Assembly: GCA_024275015.1 (NCBI GenBank)
Contig: JAJRZW010000009.1
Span: forward strand, 22,500 to 86,499
DNA: 64,000 bases
Direction of reading: 5' to 3'
Origin: Deltaproteobacteria bacterium
GTDB taxonomy: Bacteria > Desulfobacterota > Desulfobulbia > Desulfobulbales > JAJRZW01
Below are positions 9,271 through 19,029 of the stretch, in pieces; the stretch's first letter is position 1; every line of letters begins with the position of its first letter. Position numbers and translations under genes: made by a program. Below the pieces are notes generated by a model that saw only the letters and a list, made by a program, of their open reading frames with translations, searched no databases and was not told the DNA's origin.

Positions 9271-9382
9271 AAATCGGACCCATGGCACCGAATCTGCTGC
9301 GTTATCTTCCGGTTCGCGTACGACGAGTACGCTTCACCGGAAGATGCCTTGCATCTCCGGCACCATGAACCGGATTTTCACC
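9266..9382. repeat. Long imperfect palindrome between the thiS-like gene and metY
   Basis: Arms GGTGAAAATC...ATCTTCCGGT..GCGTAC / GTACGC..ACCGGAAGAT...GATTTTCACC. Confidence 0.5.
9283..9298 (+). promoter_or_regulatory. Sigma-54-like -24/-12 element
   Basis: TGGCAC-cgaat-CTGCT (GG-N10-GC spacing) about 200 nt upstream of metY. Motif match only. Confidence 0.25.
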
Positions 9383-9494
9383 TCCTGCGTGATCTTTTGC
9401 AGCCCGGGGGTAGAGGCAACATTAAGATACGCTTCACATGACAAACTCAAACTGAATCTGCCGGGACACCCCCGGCTTCAGGAGACTTACTGCA

Positions 9495-10727
9495 ATGACC
9501 ACATTTTCCACCACCGCTGTCCACGGCGCCGTAGTCGGCCGGGACATCCATGGATCGCTCCGGGGGCCTCTTTACGACTCGGTCTCCTTTGCCCACCCTG
9601 ACGCCCGGTCCATGGAACTCACCTTTGCCGGAAAGAAACCGGCCCATGCCTATACCCGAATCACCAATCCGACCGTGAGCGATTTCGAGCAGCACATCAG
9701 CGCCATGTGCCACGGGGCCCCGGTTATTGCCGTCTCTTCGGGAATGGCCGCAATCAGTAACACCATCCTGGCCCTTGGCGGGGCCGGAACCAATATCGTC
9801 ACCAGCAGAAAACTGTTCGGCAACACCTTGAGCCTCTTTGAAAAGACCCTACACCCCTGGGGTCTTGAAATCCGTTGCGTGGACATGAACAATCCTGAAG
9901 AAGTTGCAACGGCCATTAACGCCGGGACCAGGATGGTGTTTTTTGAATCAATGACCAACCCGGGACTCGAGGTCGCCGACGCCACCGCGCTTTCCCTGGT
10001 CTGCCGAAGAAAAAAGGTTCCCCTGGTGGTCGACAACACGGTAATGACCCCGTATCTCTTCGACGCCGGCCGGGCCGGGGCCGCCATCGAGGTGATCTCT
10101 TCCACCAAGTATATCTCCGGCGGCGGCACCAGTGTCGGCGGGGTGATAATCGACCATCGGAACTTTGACTGGTCACAATCACCGCGCCTTGCCGCCCGGA
10201 CGAAAAAATACGGCCCCATGGCCTTTATCAGCAAACTGCGACAGGAGGTCTACCGCAATATCGGTGCCTGTCTCGCGCCCCATAACGCCTGGCTCCAGAC
10301 CCTGGGACTTGAAACCCTTGATATGCGAATCGACAAAAGCACCGCCAACGCCTTGGCCGTGGCCCGGTTCCTCGACAACCACCCCCGGGTACGGCGGACC
10401 GATTACCCCGGCCTTGAATCATCGCCCCATCCCCTCCGGGCGAAGGCGCAATTCAACGGCCGTTTCGGCGGCATCCTCACCTTTGATCTCGCCGACCGGG
10501 ACCAGTGTTTCCGCCTGATCGACGCCCTGGAGCTCATCCGCCGGGCCACTAATATCAACGACAATAAAACCCTGATCATCCATCCGGCATCGACCATCTT
10601 CAACGAATACAGCGGTGAGTAATCAGAGGCCATGGGGGTCAGGAGGACAATGGTCCGTCTGTCCGTGGGCATTGAAGACCCGGACGATATCATCAACGAT
10701 TTAAAAAAGGGGCTCGCATCATTATGA
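9495..10727 (+). pseudogene. metY: O-acetylhomoserine (thiol)-lyase family PLP enzyme interrupted by an in-frame TAA at 10620..10622
   Basis: PLP-Lys motif SSTKYISGGG. After the TAA the same frame continues for 34 codons through the family-typical C-terminus (MVRLSVGIEDPDDIINDL). It ends at a TGA overlapping the next gene's start (ATGA). Confidence 0.8.
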
Positions 10728-11551
10728 TTGAATTCAACGAAGAACAATTACAGCGTTACAGCCGCCATATCCTCCTTGCCGATGTCGGGGTCGAAGGGCA
10801 GGAGAAACTCTGCCGGGCCAAAGTGCTGATCGTCGGCGCCGGCGGCCTTGGCGCCCCGGTGGCTCTATATTTAGCCGCCGCCGGGGTCGGGACCATCGGC
10901 ATCGCCGATGCCGACTCCGTCGAAATCTCAAATCTCCAGCGTCAGATCAGCCATTTTCATCACAATATCGGCGACGCCAAGGTTGATTCAGCCAGAGAAA
11001 AAATCCTCGCGATCAACCCGGAGATCAAGGTAAACACCTATTATGAATATCTCCGGGCCGACAATATCCGCGAGATCATCCGCGACTATGATTTCGTGGT
11101 CGAGGGTACTGATAACTTCCCGACCAAATTTCTGGTCAACGACGCCTGCATTATGGAAGGGATACCCTTCTCCCACGGCGGCATCCTCCGCTTCGACGGC
11201 CAGGCAATGACCGTGGTCCCGGGCAAGTCCGCCTGTTACCGTTGCGTTTTTCGTGAACCACCGCCGCCCGACGCAGTACCGAGTTGCTCCCAGGCCGGGG
11301 TGCTGGGCGCCATCGCCGGGATGCTGGGTACCATCCAGGCCGCCGAGGCCCTGAAGTTCATCACCGGCGCCGGCGAACTGCTGACCGATACCCTGCTTTC
11401 ATTCGACGCCCGGAACATGGACTTCAGAAAGACCCGTCTCCACTGTCAGGAGAATTGCCCGATCTGCGGCAAGAACCCGGGCATTCACGAACTCATTGAC
11501 TATGAGCATGGCGGCTGTGGAATAAAAAGCTCAAAATCGGTGGCAGCATGA
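10724..11551 (+). CDS. MoeB/ThiF-family E1-like adenylyltransferase
   Basis: GAGGLGAPVALYLAAAGVG nucleotide loop; two CxxC pairs. Confidence 0.85.
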   Translation: MIEFNEEQLQRYSRHILLADVGVEGQEKLCRAKVLIVGAGGLGAPVALYLAAAGVGTIGIADADSVEISNLQRQISHFHHNIGDAKVDSAREKILAINPEIKVNTYYEYLRADNIREIIRDYDFVVEGTDNFPTKFLVNDACIMEGIPFSHGGILRFDGQAMTVVPGKSACYRCVFREPPPPDAVPSCSQAGVLGAIAGMLGTIQAAEALKFITGAGELLTDTLLSFDARNMDFRKTRLHCQENCPICGKNPGIHELIDYEHGGCGIKSSKSVAA

Positions 11552-11961
11552 TCAGGATAGGCAAAAAGACTGTAACCGCGATCATCGCCCAGGCGAGAAA
11601 GGAACTGCCAAACGAGGCCTGCGGTTATCTTGCCGCCCAAGACGACAGGATAGCGCGCCATTATCCGATGACCAACACCGACGCCGCCGGCGATCACTTC
11701 AGCATGGATCCGGCGGAACAATTCGCCGCGGTAAAAGACATGCGCGAACGGGGGTTAAAGCTGCGGGCAGTGTACCACAGCCACCCCGAGACCCCGGCCA
11801 GGCCGTCGGCGGAAGACATAAGACTGGCCTATGATCCCAATGTCAGCTACGTCATCATCTCGCTTGCCGACACCGAACCGACCATCGACATAAAATCTTT
11901 CATCATCAAAGACGAGCAGGTAAGTCCGGAAGAACTGAAAATAGAGGAGGAGCACAAATGA
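11548..11961 (+). CDS. JAMM/Mov34-family metalloprotease
   Basis: EACGYL and HSHPETPARPSAED (HxHx10D) motifs; ATGA overlaps on both sides. Confidence 0.85.
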   Translation: MIRIGKKTVTAIIAQARKELPNEACGYLAAQDDRIARHYPMTNTDAAGDHFSMDPAEQFAAVKDMRERGLKLRAVYHSHPETPARPSAEDIRLAYDPNVSYVIISLADTEPTIDIKSFIIKDEQVSPEELKIEEEHK

Positions 11962-12206
11962 CCACTGCGATAAAAACCCGCATTGACGCAAGTCGCGACT
12001 GCCGCGGAATCGGTTGCCCGATGAACCTGGTCTACACCAAGGTTGAACTCTCGCGCCTCGCGCCGGGTCAGGTACTGGAGGTAATCCTCGACCACGGCGC
12101 TCCGATCAACAACGTTCCCAGATCGGTCATCAGGGAGGCCCACGAGATTATCGGCCAAAACCGCCTTGACGACGGAGCCTGGCAGCTTTTAATCAGAAAG
12201 GTCTGA
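11958..12206 (+). CDS. TusA/SirA-like sulfurtransferase
   Basis: 82 aa; CRGIGCPMNL resembles the TusA active-site Cys-Pro motif. Confidence 0.7.
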   Translation: MTTAIKTRIDASRDCRGIGCPMNLVYTKVELSRLAPGQVLEVILDHGAPINNVPRSVIREAHEIIGQNRLDDGAWQLLIRKV

Positions 12207-12249
12207 AGGTTACCGGGGCAGGAACCCATTGGGCAATATCCCCAAAGCC

Positions 12250-12355
12250 AAAAAAACCTGAGGGGTGGAAGGGGTGGACAAGCACGGGGCGCGGCCATAG
12301 TAAAGCTATGCGCGCCCCGCGCTTGTTCGCAGATTCGCCCCTTCCGCCCCTCAGG
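12250..12355 (-). terminator. Very long hairpin plus T7 downstream of argJ (between convergent tusA-like and argJ)
   Basis: CCTGAGGGGTGGAAGGGG... / ...CCCCTTCCGCCCCTCAGG arms (12257-12355), with an A7 run at 12250-12256 on the + strand. Confidence 0.5.
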
Positions 12356-13538
12356 TGCGGTAATCGGCATTTATTTTGACGTAGTCAAGGGAAAGGTCTG
12401 AGGTATGGTAGACCGCGGCGCCGGCGCCGGCGGCAAGGTCGATGAACAGGTCGATTTCCCTGACCTGCAACAACCTGGTGGCCCGGGCCTCGGCGTCGCC
12501 ATCAACGGCCGTGCCGTTTTCAACCAGAGTGACGTCGCCGAAGGAAATTGTGACCTTCTCGGGGTCAAACCGCGCCCCACTGCGGCCCAATGCGGCTAAA
12601 ATCCGGCCCCAATTAGCATCCGCGCCGAAAAAAGCGGTCTTGACCAGGCTTGAGGTGGCGACGACCATTGCGGCCCGGGCCGCGTCAAGGTCATCGACAG
12701 CGCCATTGACCCGGACGTGAATCATTTTTGTCGCGCCCTCACCGTCACGGACGATCATCAACGCCAGATCCTCCAGCACCTCCCCCAGGGCGGCGGCAAA
12801 ACCAGCCGCTTTTTCCCCATGGCGCAGTTCCGGGTTAGCGGCACGGCCGTTGGCGAGAACGAGAACGGTATCGTTGGTGGAGGTGTCGCCGTCAATGGTG
12901 ATGCGGTTAAAACTGGTATCGACCTTGTTGCGGAGAATCTGTTGCAACAGGGCCGGGGCAATGGCGGCGTCGGTGACGATAAAGGCCAGCATGGTCGCCA
13001 TGTCGGGGTGAATCATGCCCGCGCCCTTGGCCAGACCGAGAACACGAACCTCACAACCATTCACCAGAATCCGACGCTGACTGACCTTGGGCACGGTATC
13101 GGTGGTCATCATCGCCCGCGATACCAAATCGAATCCTTCCGGGGCGAGACCGGCGGCAAGTTCGTCCATATGATTGGAAAAACAGGAAATATCAAGAGAC
13201 TCACCGATAACCCCGGTGGAGGCGACCAGCACCTCGGCGGCATCGGTCCCCACGACATCAGCGGCCATGGCGGCGCAGGTCCGGACCTGCTCCATTCCCG
13301 CCGCCCCGGTGCAGGCGTTGGCAATACCGGAGTTTACCAGAATCGCACGGGCACGACCGGATTTCACCAGGTCCCGGTCATATACAACCGGGGCCGCCTT
13401 GACGATATTACGGGTAAAAACCCCGGCAACAACGGCAGGAGTATCGCTCACGATCAGGCCGAGATCAAGACGGTTCCTGCCCCTGATCCCGGCGCGAACC
13501 GCGTTGGCGGAAAAACCCTTTGGGATATCAAGACTCAT
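12351..13538 (-). CDS. argJ: Bifunctional ornithine acetyltransferase/N-acetylglutamate synthase
   Basis: Autoprocessing region PDMATMLAFIVTDA. ATG at 13538 (the ORF track starts at TTG 13544). Confidence 0.9.
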   Translation of the reverse strand: MSLDIPKGFSANAVRAGIRGRNRLDLGLIVSDTPAVVAGVFTRNIVKAAPVVYDRDLVKSGRARAILVNSGIANACTGAAGMEQVRTCAAMAADVVGTDAAEVLVASTGVIGESLDISCFSNHMDELAAGLAPEGFDLVSRAMMTTDTVPKVSQRRILVNGCEVRVLGLAKGAGMIHPDMATMLAFIVTDAAIAPALLQQILRNKVDTSFNRITIDGDTSTNDTVLVLANGRAANPELRHGEKAAGFAAALGEVLEDLALMIVRDGEGATKMIHVRVNGAVDDLDAARAAMVVATSSLVKTAFFGADANWGRILAALGRSGARFDPEKVTISFGDVTLVENGTAVDGDAEARATRLLQVREIDLFIDLAAGAGAAVYHTSDLSLDYVKINADYRT

Positions 13539-13610
13539 GATCAACGAATATCATAAGGTGACCGCGACTCAAACTTCCGCCATCATAATTCCGACTTCTG
13601 ACCTCCGGCA

Positions 13611-16166
13611 TCACCGCGCCCGACCGCAGCATTTTTTATACTTTTTACCGCTGCCGCAGGGACATGGCTGGTTACGACCGATCTTTTCACCGTCACGACG
13701 TATCGGGGTATGGTTACGTTCGTCGTCTTCGTATACTCCGTGGCGCATCTCCATCGGCTGTTGCTGTTGCCGGCGTTCCTGCTCAATCTCCTCCAGTTCC
13801 TCCTCGCGTACCACCTGGATACGGAAGAGATTGGAGAGGGTCTGGCTTTTGATCGTCCGCATCAGGCCGATGAACATCTCAAATCCTTCCCGCTTATACT
13901 CGTTCAAGGGATTCTGTTGCCCGTAACCACGGAGACCGATTCCCTCTTTCAAGTGATCCATGGCGAGGAGGTGCTCCTTCCAATGGGTATCAATCATCTG
14001 CAAAAGGACAATGCGCTCAAGATAGCGCATATTATCGGCGCCGTTGACCTGTTCCCGTTGCTCAAAAATCCGCCGGGCCTCGCCCAGGACCTTTTTCTCC
14101 AACTCCTCGGCATTAATAAGGCCCTCGATATCCCCGGGTTTGATAAGCTCATCAATCCCTATATCCTTTTCAAGGAGTTCATTAACCTGTTTCAGATCCC
14201 ACTCCGAGGGATGATTGCCGGCCATGGCAATAACATCGGCGCTGGCTTCGGCCACCAGCTCCTCAAGCATATCCTGAATAATATCAGCAACTTCACTACG
14301 ACCAAGAATACGACGCCTGAGACCGTAAACCACCTCCCGCTGCTTGTTCATCACGTCATCATATTCGAGCAGGTGTTTCCTGATTTCAAAGTTATGGCCC
14401 TCGACCTTGCGCTGGGCGTTTTCAATCGCCCGACTGATCATTGAATGCTCAATAGGCTCATCCTCCTCCATCCCGAGCTTGTCTAAGATCCCGGAGATAC
14501 GATCAGAACCAAAAATCCGCAACAAATCGTCCTCAAGGGAAAGATAAAAACGCGACGAACCATTGTCGCCCTGACGACCGGAACGCCCCCGGAGCTGATT
14601 ATCGATGCGGCGCGACTCATGACGGCTGGTGCCGAGGATATGGAGACCGCCCAGATCGGCCACCCCCTCGCCTAATTTGATGTCGGTACCGCGGCCCGCC
14701 ATATTGGTGGCAATGGTCACCCGCCCGCGCTCCCCGGCACTGGCGATAATCTCGGCCTCACGGGCATGATTCTTGGCATTTAAGACCTCGTGGGGGATCC
14801 CATTTTTTTTCAGCATTTCCGAAAGCTGTTCAGAGACGTCAATACTGATGGTCCCCACCAGAACCGGCCGACCCTGATTATGAAGTGCCGTGATCTCCCG
14901 AACCGCGGCCCGGTACTTGGCCTTTTCGTTCTTAAAGATCATGTCCGGATAATCCTCGCGGATCATCGGGTTATTGGTCGGGATTACCACCACGCTCAGA
15001 TTATAGATATTGGCGAACTCCATCGCCTCGGTATCGGCGGTGCCGGTCATGCCCGAAAGTTTTTCATACATGCGGAAATAGTTCTGGAAAGTAATTGAGG
15101 CCAGGGTCTGGTTTTCCTGCTCAACCTTCACCCCCTCCTTGGCCTCCAGAGCCTGATGCAGACCGTCGCTGTAACGCCGCCCCGGCATGGCCCGGCCGGT
15201 GAACTCATCGACAATCATTACCTCGTTGGTCTCGGAAACCAGGTAATCGACATCGCGCTGAAAGAGGTTATGGGCCTTAAGTGCCTGATTAACATGATGA
15301 AGCCACTCGATATTACGGGGATCGTAAAGGTTGTCGATCCCCAGGAGTTTCTCGGCCAGGATCACCCCTTCATCAGACAGGGACAGAGAACGGGCCTTCT
15401 CGTCAATGGTAAAATGTTCGTCACGCTTGAACTGACGGGCGTAACGGTCAACCTTGGTGTAGAGAGCGGTATCCATCTCCGCCGGCCCCGAGATAATCAG
15501 CGGGGTCCGGGCCTCGTCGATGAGGATCGAATCAACCTCATCAACAATGGCGTAATAGAACTCACGCTGACAGAAATCCTCCTTAGCGAACTTCATATTG
15601 TCACGAAGATAATCAAAACCGAACTCATTATTGGTGCCGTAGGTGATATCGGCGTCATAGGCCGCCTTGCGATGCTGATCCTCAAGGTCGTGGACAATAG
15701 TGCCTATGGAAAGGCCCAGAAAATTATAGAGCTTACCCATCCACTCGGCATCACGACTGGCTAAATAATCGTTTACCGTGACCACATGGACCCCGCGACC
15801 AGTGAGACCGTTAAGATACACCGGCAGAGTAGCGACCAGGGTCTTGCCCTCACCGGTCTTCATCTCGGCGATCTTGCCCTGGTGGAGAACAATGCCGCCG
15901 ACGAGCTGGACGTCAAAGGGACGCATGCCCAGAACCCGTTTCGACGCCTCCCGCGCCACCGCGAAGGCCTCGGGGAGAATCTCGTCCAGAGGTTCGCCCT
16001 TGACGATTCGCTCACGGAAATCAACACTCATGGCGGCCAGACGGTCATCGGCAAGATCGAGAAGCCCCTCCTCAAGTGAATTGATCCGATCCACCAGGGG
16101 ACGCATCCGTTTAAGGACCCTTTCATTCTTGGTCCCGAATATCTTTGACAACTTATTACCGATCAT
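13611..16166 (-). CDS. secA: Preprotein translocase ATPase SecA
   Basis: DEAD-like motor motifs; C-terminal zinc motif [17 protein letters not shown] at 16166 with GGGAAGGAA SD (the track starts at TTG 16172). Confidence 0.95.
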   Translation of the reverse strand: MIGNKLSKIFGTKNERVLKRMRPLVDRINSLEEGLLDLADDRLAAMSVDFRERIVKGEPLDEILPEAFAVAREASKRVLGMRPFDVQLVGGIVLHQGKIAEMKTGEGKTLVATLPVYLNGLTGRGVHVVTVNDYLASRDAEWMGKLYNFLGLSIGTIVHDLEDQHRKAAYDADITYGTNNEFGFDYLRDNMKFAKEDFCQREFYYAIVDEVDSILIDEARTPLIISGPAEMDTALYTKVDRYARQFKRDEHFTIDEKARSLSLSDEGVILAEKLLGIDNLYDPRNIEWLHHVNQALKAHNLFQRDVDYLVSETNEVMIVDEFTGRAMPGRRYSDGLHQALEAKEGVKVEQENQTLASITFQNYFRMYEKLSGMTGTADTEAMEFANIYNLSVVVIPTNNPMIREDYPDMIFKNEKAKYRAAVREITALHNQGRPVLVGTISIDVSEQLSEMLKKNGIPHEVLNAKNHAREAEIIASAGERGRVTIATNMAGRGTDIKLGEGVADLGGLHILGTSRHESRRIDNQLRGRSGRQGDNGSSRFYLSLEDDLLRIFGSDRISGILDKLGMEEDEPIEHSMISRAIENAQRKVEGHNFEIRKHLLEYDDVMNKQREVVYGLRRRILGRSEVADIIQDMLEELVAEASADVIAMAGNHPSEWDLKQVNELLEKDIGIDELIKPGDIEGLINAEELEKKVLGEARRIFEQREQVNGADNMRYLERIVLLQMIDTHWKEHLLAMDHLKEGIGLRGYGQQNPLNEYKREGFEMFIGLMRTIKSQTLSNLFRIQVVREEELEEIEQERRQQQQPMEMRHGVYEDDERNHTPIRRDGEKIGRNQPCPCGSGKKYKKCCGRAR

Positions 16167-16653
16167 AAGCAATTCCTTCCCGCATCATTGCCACCTCGTT
16201 ACAGTCTGGAAATTTTGGACAGTTGACACAGTCACTCCAGACCTTGTGGGGCAGGTTATTTTTATCAACATCAACAAAACCTAATTTCTTAAAAAAATCC
16301 GGCTGACATGTAAGGGTAAAGACCCGGTCGATCCCGAGCCGTTGCGCCTCGGCCAAAGATCCCCGGACCAGACTCGCCCCGATCCCGCGACCCTGAAAAG
16401 ACGGGGATACCGCCAGGGAACGGACCTCAGCCAGGTCTTCCCAGCAGATATGCAGGGAACAGACTCCGGCGATAACCGGGGTGCCGTCAACGGTGGCAAT
16501 AAAAACCTGATAGTCGCGGAGATGGTCATAAAGGGAGCTGAGGGAACGCCCTAAAAGCAACCCGGAATCGGCAAATCCCTTGAGCAGGCCGTGGATCTCC
16601 TTGACATCGGCCATCCGCGCCGGACGCAGGCTGTCTCCTGGTTCATTCTTCAT
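16156..16653 (-). CDS. GNAT-family N-acetyltransferase (short ArgA-like)
   Basis: 165 aa; acetyl-CoA motif [10 protein letters not shown]. Confidence 0.65.
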   Translation of the reverse strand: MKNEPGDSLRPARMADVKEIHGLLKGFADSGLLLGRSLSSLYDHLRDYQVFIATVDGTPVIAGVCSLHICWEDLAEVRSLAVSPSFQGRGIGASLVRGSLAEAQRLGIDRVFTLTCQPDFFKKLGFVDVDKNNLPHKVWSDCVNCPKFPDCNEVAMMREGIAYDR

Positions 16654-17300
16654 TTCCTGCCGCCGCTCCCCGGAATCATGACCACAAACGATTTCAGCCC
16701 CCGCTCCCTGCCGATGGCGGCAGCCGCGTCCCGGGCCGCGGCCATGGTGGAGTATCGGCCGATATATACCCGGATAAATTTACCCCGACCCGGCTCCGGT
16801 CGGCGCATAAAGGCGTCAAGGTCACGGGCCTTGAGCCGGGCGACCTCCTCAATGGCATATGAATTTTCACGGTAGGCCCCGACCTGGAGAGTAAAAAACG
16901 ACCCCCCGGAAGTCGCCCGGGGTGAAACCGTGGTTAGCCGGGGTTTCTTTTTCCGCCTCCGACTGATCTTTGCGGCCCGGGGAGAAATGTTTTTTTTCTC
17001 AAGGCGCTTTGGCTGCTGTGGTTCGGAAACCGGCGGCAGCACAATCGGGTCGGCAAGAAAACCGGCATCCTCTTTCACCCCTATCTCCGCGTGACCGGCC
17101 GGGACCGACAGGGGCCGAGCCACCGGGGCAAGCTCACCGTCAACCGTTCCCGAAGTCAGGAGATGATCACCGGCCCAGATGCCTAAAAGGAACATCCACA
17201 ACAGGGCACAGAAACAGACAACCCCGGTGGCAAGCAGCCCCCTGGCGCCAAGTTCAAGCCGGACGATGAATTTCTTTTTTCTGCTCTTCGGTCCGGACAT
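16650..17300 (-). CDS. SPOR-domain membrane protein
   Basis: N-terminal TM segment. C-terminal SPOR-like FFTLQVGAYRENSYA...IRVYIGRYSTMAAARDAA. Confidence 0.7.
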   Translation of the reverse strand: MSGPKSRKKKFIVRLELGARGLLATGVVCFCALLWMFLLGIWAGDHLLTSGTVDGELAPVARPLSVPAGHAEIGVKEDAGFLADPIVLPPVSEPQQPKRLEKKNISPRAAKISRRRKKKPRLTTVSPRATSGGSFFTLQVGAYRENSYAIEEVARLKARDLDAFMRRPEPGRGKFIRVYIGRYSTMAAARDAAAAIGRERGLKSFVVMIPGSGGRK

Positions 17301-17301
17301 G

Positions 17302-18957
17302 CTACATGTTCTCCGGAGCGGTAACCCCGATCAGCACCAGGCCGTTTCTGATCACTACCCGAATCGCCTCGGCAAAAAAAAGACGGGCGCGGGAGAGTTC
17401 GACATCATCCGATATTATCCGATGTTTGTTGTAATAGCTGTGAAAACGGGCGGCAAGGTCAAGGAGATAAAAAATAATCCGGTGGGGTTCAAGATCCATG
17501 GCTGCACTTTCAACCAGGGCGGGCCAGGCACTTACCTGCTTCAAAATCGCAAGCTCCTCGGGTTCAACCAGCCGCGCCACCGCCACCATGGCCGTGTCTC
17601 CAACCTCCACCCCCGTGGCCGCGGCCTTTGCCATGATGCTGCACAGGCGGGCGTGACCATACTGGAGATAATATACCGGATTCTCCTGGCTCCGACTCGC
17701 GGCAAGGGTGAGATCAAACTCCAACTGACTGTCAGCCTTGCGCATGAGAAAGAAAAAACGGGTAGCGTCAACCCCGACCTCGTCGATCAGTTCATCAACG
17801 GTGACGAAGGTTGCCTTACGGGTACTCATCTTGACCTTTTTACCATCCCGCATCAGGGTGACAAATTGATGCAGAACCACGGTGACCCTGCCGGAATCAT
17901 ACCCCAGGGCCCTTATCCCGGCCATGACGTCGGGGACGGTGGCAATATGGTCGGAACCGAAGATGTCAATCATCCAGTCATAGCCCCGGCGGAACTTTTC
18001 CCGGTGGTAGGCGATATCCGGGAGACGGTAAGTGGGCTCGCCGCTGCTTTTAACAATCACCCGGTCGGCGTCCAGGCCCATATCAGTGGCCTTGAACCAG
18101 ACAGCGCCGTCTTTCTCGTACACCAAGCCCTTGTCCCGCAATTCGGTGACCACATCGTCAACCAGACCGTCATCGTAGAGGGTGTGCTCATTATAGTAAT
18201 TGTCAAAACGGATATCCATCCGCTTGAGAGAGGCATCTATATCAGCAAAAATCGCCTTTTCCGCCGCCTGTTTAAACGGCAGGTAATCGGCATCGGCCAG
18301 GCCGTCGCCGTTTTTCTCGTAAAGATCCCGGGCAATGTCGGCGATATAGCCGCCCTGATAGCCGTCTTCGGGGAATTGATACTCCCACCCGGCAAGTTCA
18401 AGATAACGGGCCCTGACCGACTCACCCAGCACCCGCATCTGACGGCCGGCATCATTATAATAGTATTCCCGCTCAACCTCAAAACCGACCGCGGAAAGGA
18501 GACGGGCGACGGCATCGCCGAGCGCGGCCTGTCGGCCATGGCCGACGCTCAAAGGCCCGGTGGGATTGGCGCTGACAAACTCCACCAGGGCTTTTTTCCC
18601 CCGGCCAACCTCGCTTTTGCCATATTCAGCCCCGGCGGCGATAATGGCGCCGATCCGCCCCTGCCAGACCGCCTCCCGGATGACAAAGTTAACAAAACCG
18701 GGACCGGCGATACTGATATCGGCGATAAAATCACGGTCGGCCGCCAGCATCTCCACCAGGGCCGCGGCGATCTCACGAGGGTTTTTCCGATCCCGGCCAC
18801 CGACGACCATCGCCATATTGGTTGAAAAATCACCGTGGGAGGCCTGCCGCGGCTCTTCGACCACATAAGCGCCGGAGGCGGCATCACTCCAGAGGCCATC
18901 ACTGACCCCCCGGACAAAACAACGATCGACCCGTTTTTTCAGTTCTTCTCTGATCAT
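17302..18957 (-). CDS. argS: Arginine--tRNA ligase
   Basis: 551 aa; class I HIGH-type motif SANPTGPLSVGHGR. Confidence 0.95.
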   Translation of the reverse strand: MIREELKKRVDRCFVRGVSDGLWSDAASGAYVVEEPRQASHGDFSTNMAMVVGGRDRKNPREIAAALVEMLAADRDFIADISIAGPGFVNFVIREAVWQGRIGAIIAAGAEYGKSEVGRGKKALVEFVSANPTGPLSVGHGRQAALGDAVARLLSAVGFEVEREYYYNDAGRQMRVLGESVRARYLELAGWEYQFPEDGYQGGYIADIARDLYEKNGDGLADADYLPFKQAAEKAIFADIDASLKRMDIRFDNYYNEHTLYDDGLVDDVVTELRDKGLVYEKDGAVWFKATDMGLDADRVIVKSSGEPTYRLPDIAYHREKFRRGYDWMIDIFGSDHIATVPDVMAGIRALGYDSGRVTVVLHQFVTLMRDGKKVKMSTRKATFVTVDELIDEVGVDATRFFFLMRKADSQLEFDLTLAASRSQENPVYYLQYGHARLCSIMAKAAATGVEVGDTAMVAVARLVEPEELAILKQVSAWPALVESAAMDLEPHRIIFYLLDLAARFHSYYNKHRIISDDVELSRARLFFAEAIRVVIRNGLVLIGVTAPENM

Positions 18958-19029
18958 ATTTTCATCACGGCGCCGCCGACGCCTCTCATATTGCCTGATT
19001 TCAACTCTAAATGCCCCGATTCCAAGCCG

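Noticed and set aside
9271-9494. A riboswitch (SAM/SAH type) in the 224-nt leader of metY.
   Set aside because: I could not recognise any of the conserved cores of the SAM-I, SAM-II or SAH classes. The region is dominated by one long palindrome instead. An Infernal scan would be needed to exclude one.
17179-18825. Long antisense ORFs overlapping well-supported genes: 17179..18825 vs argS, 26399..27544 vs dsrB, 27584..28444 vs dsrA, 37980..39179 vs sat, 51954..53255 vs the NeuB fusion, 59285..60376 vs the lipoprotein gene, and 22..912 vs glnD.
   Set aside because: These are typical shadow ORFs of high-GC DNA. Their translations are low-complexity (G/R/P/H-rich), lack motifs and fully overlap genes with clear family signatures.
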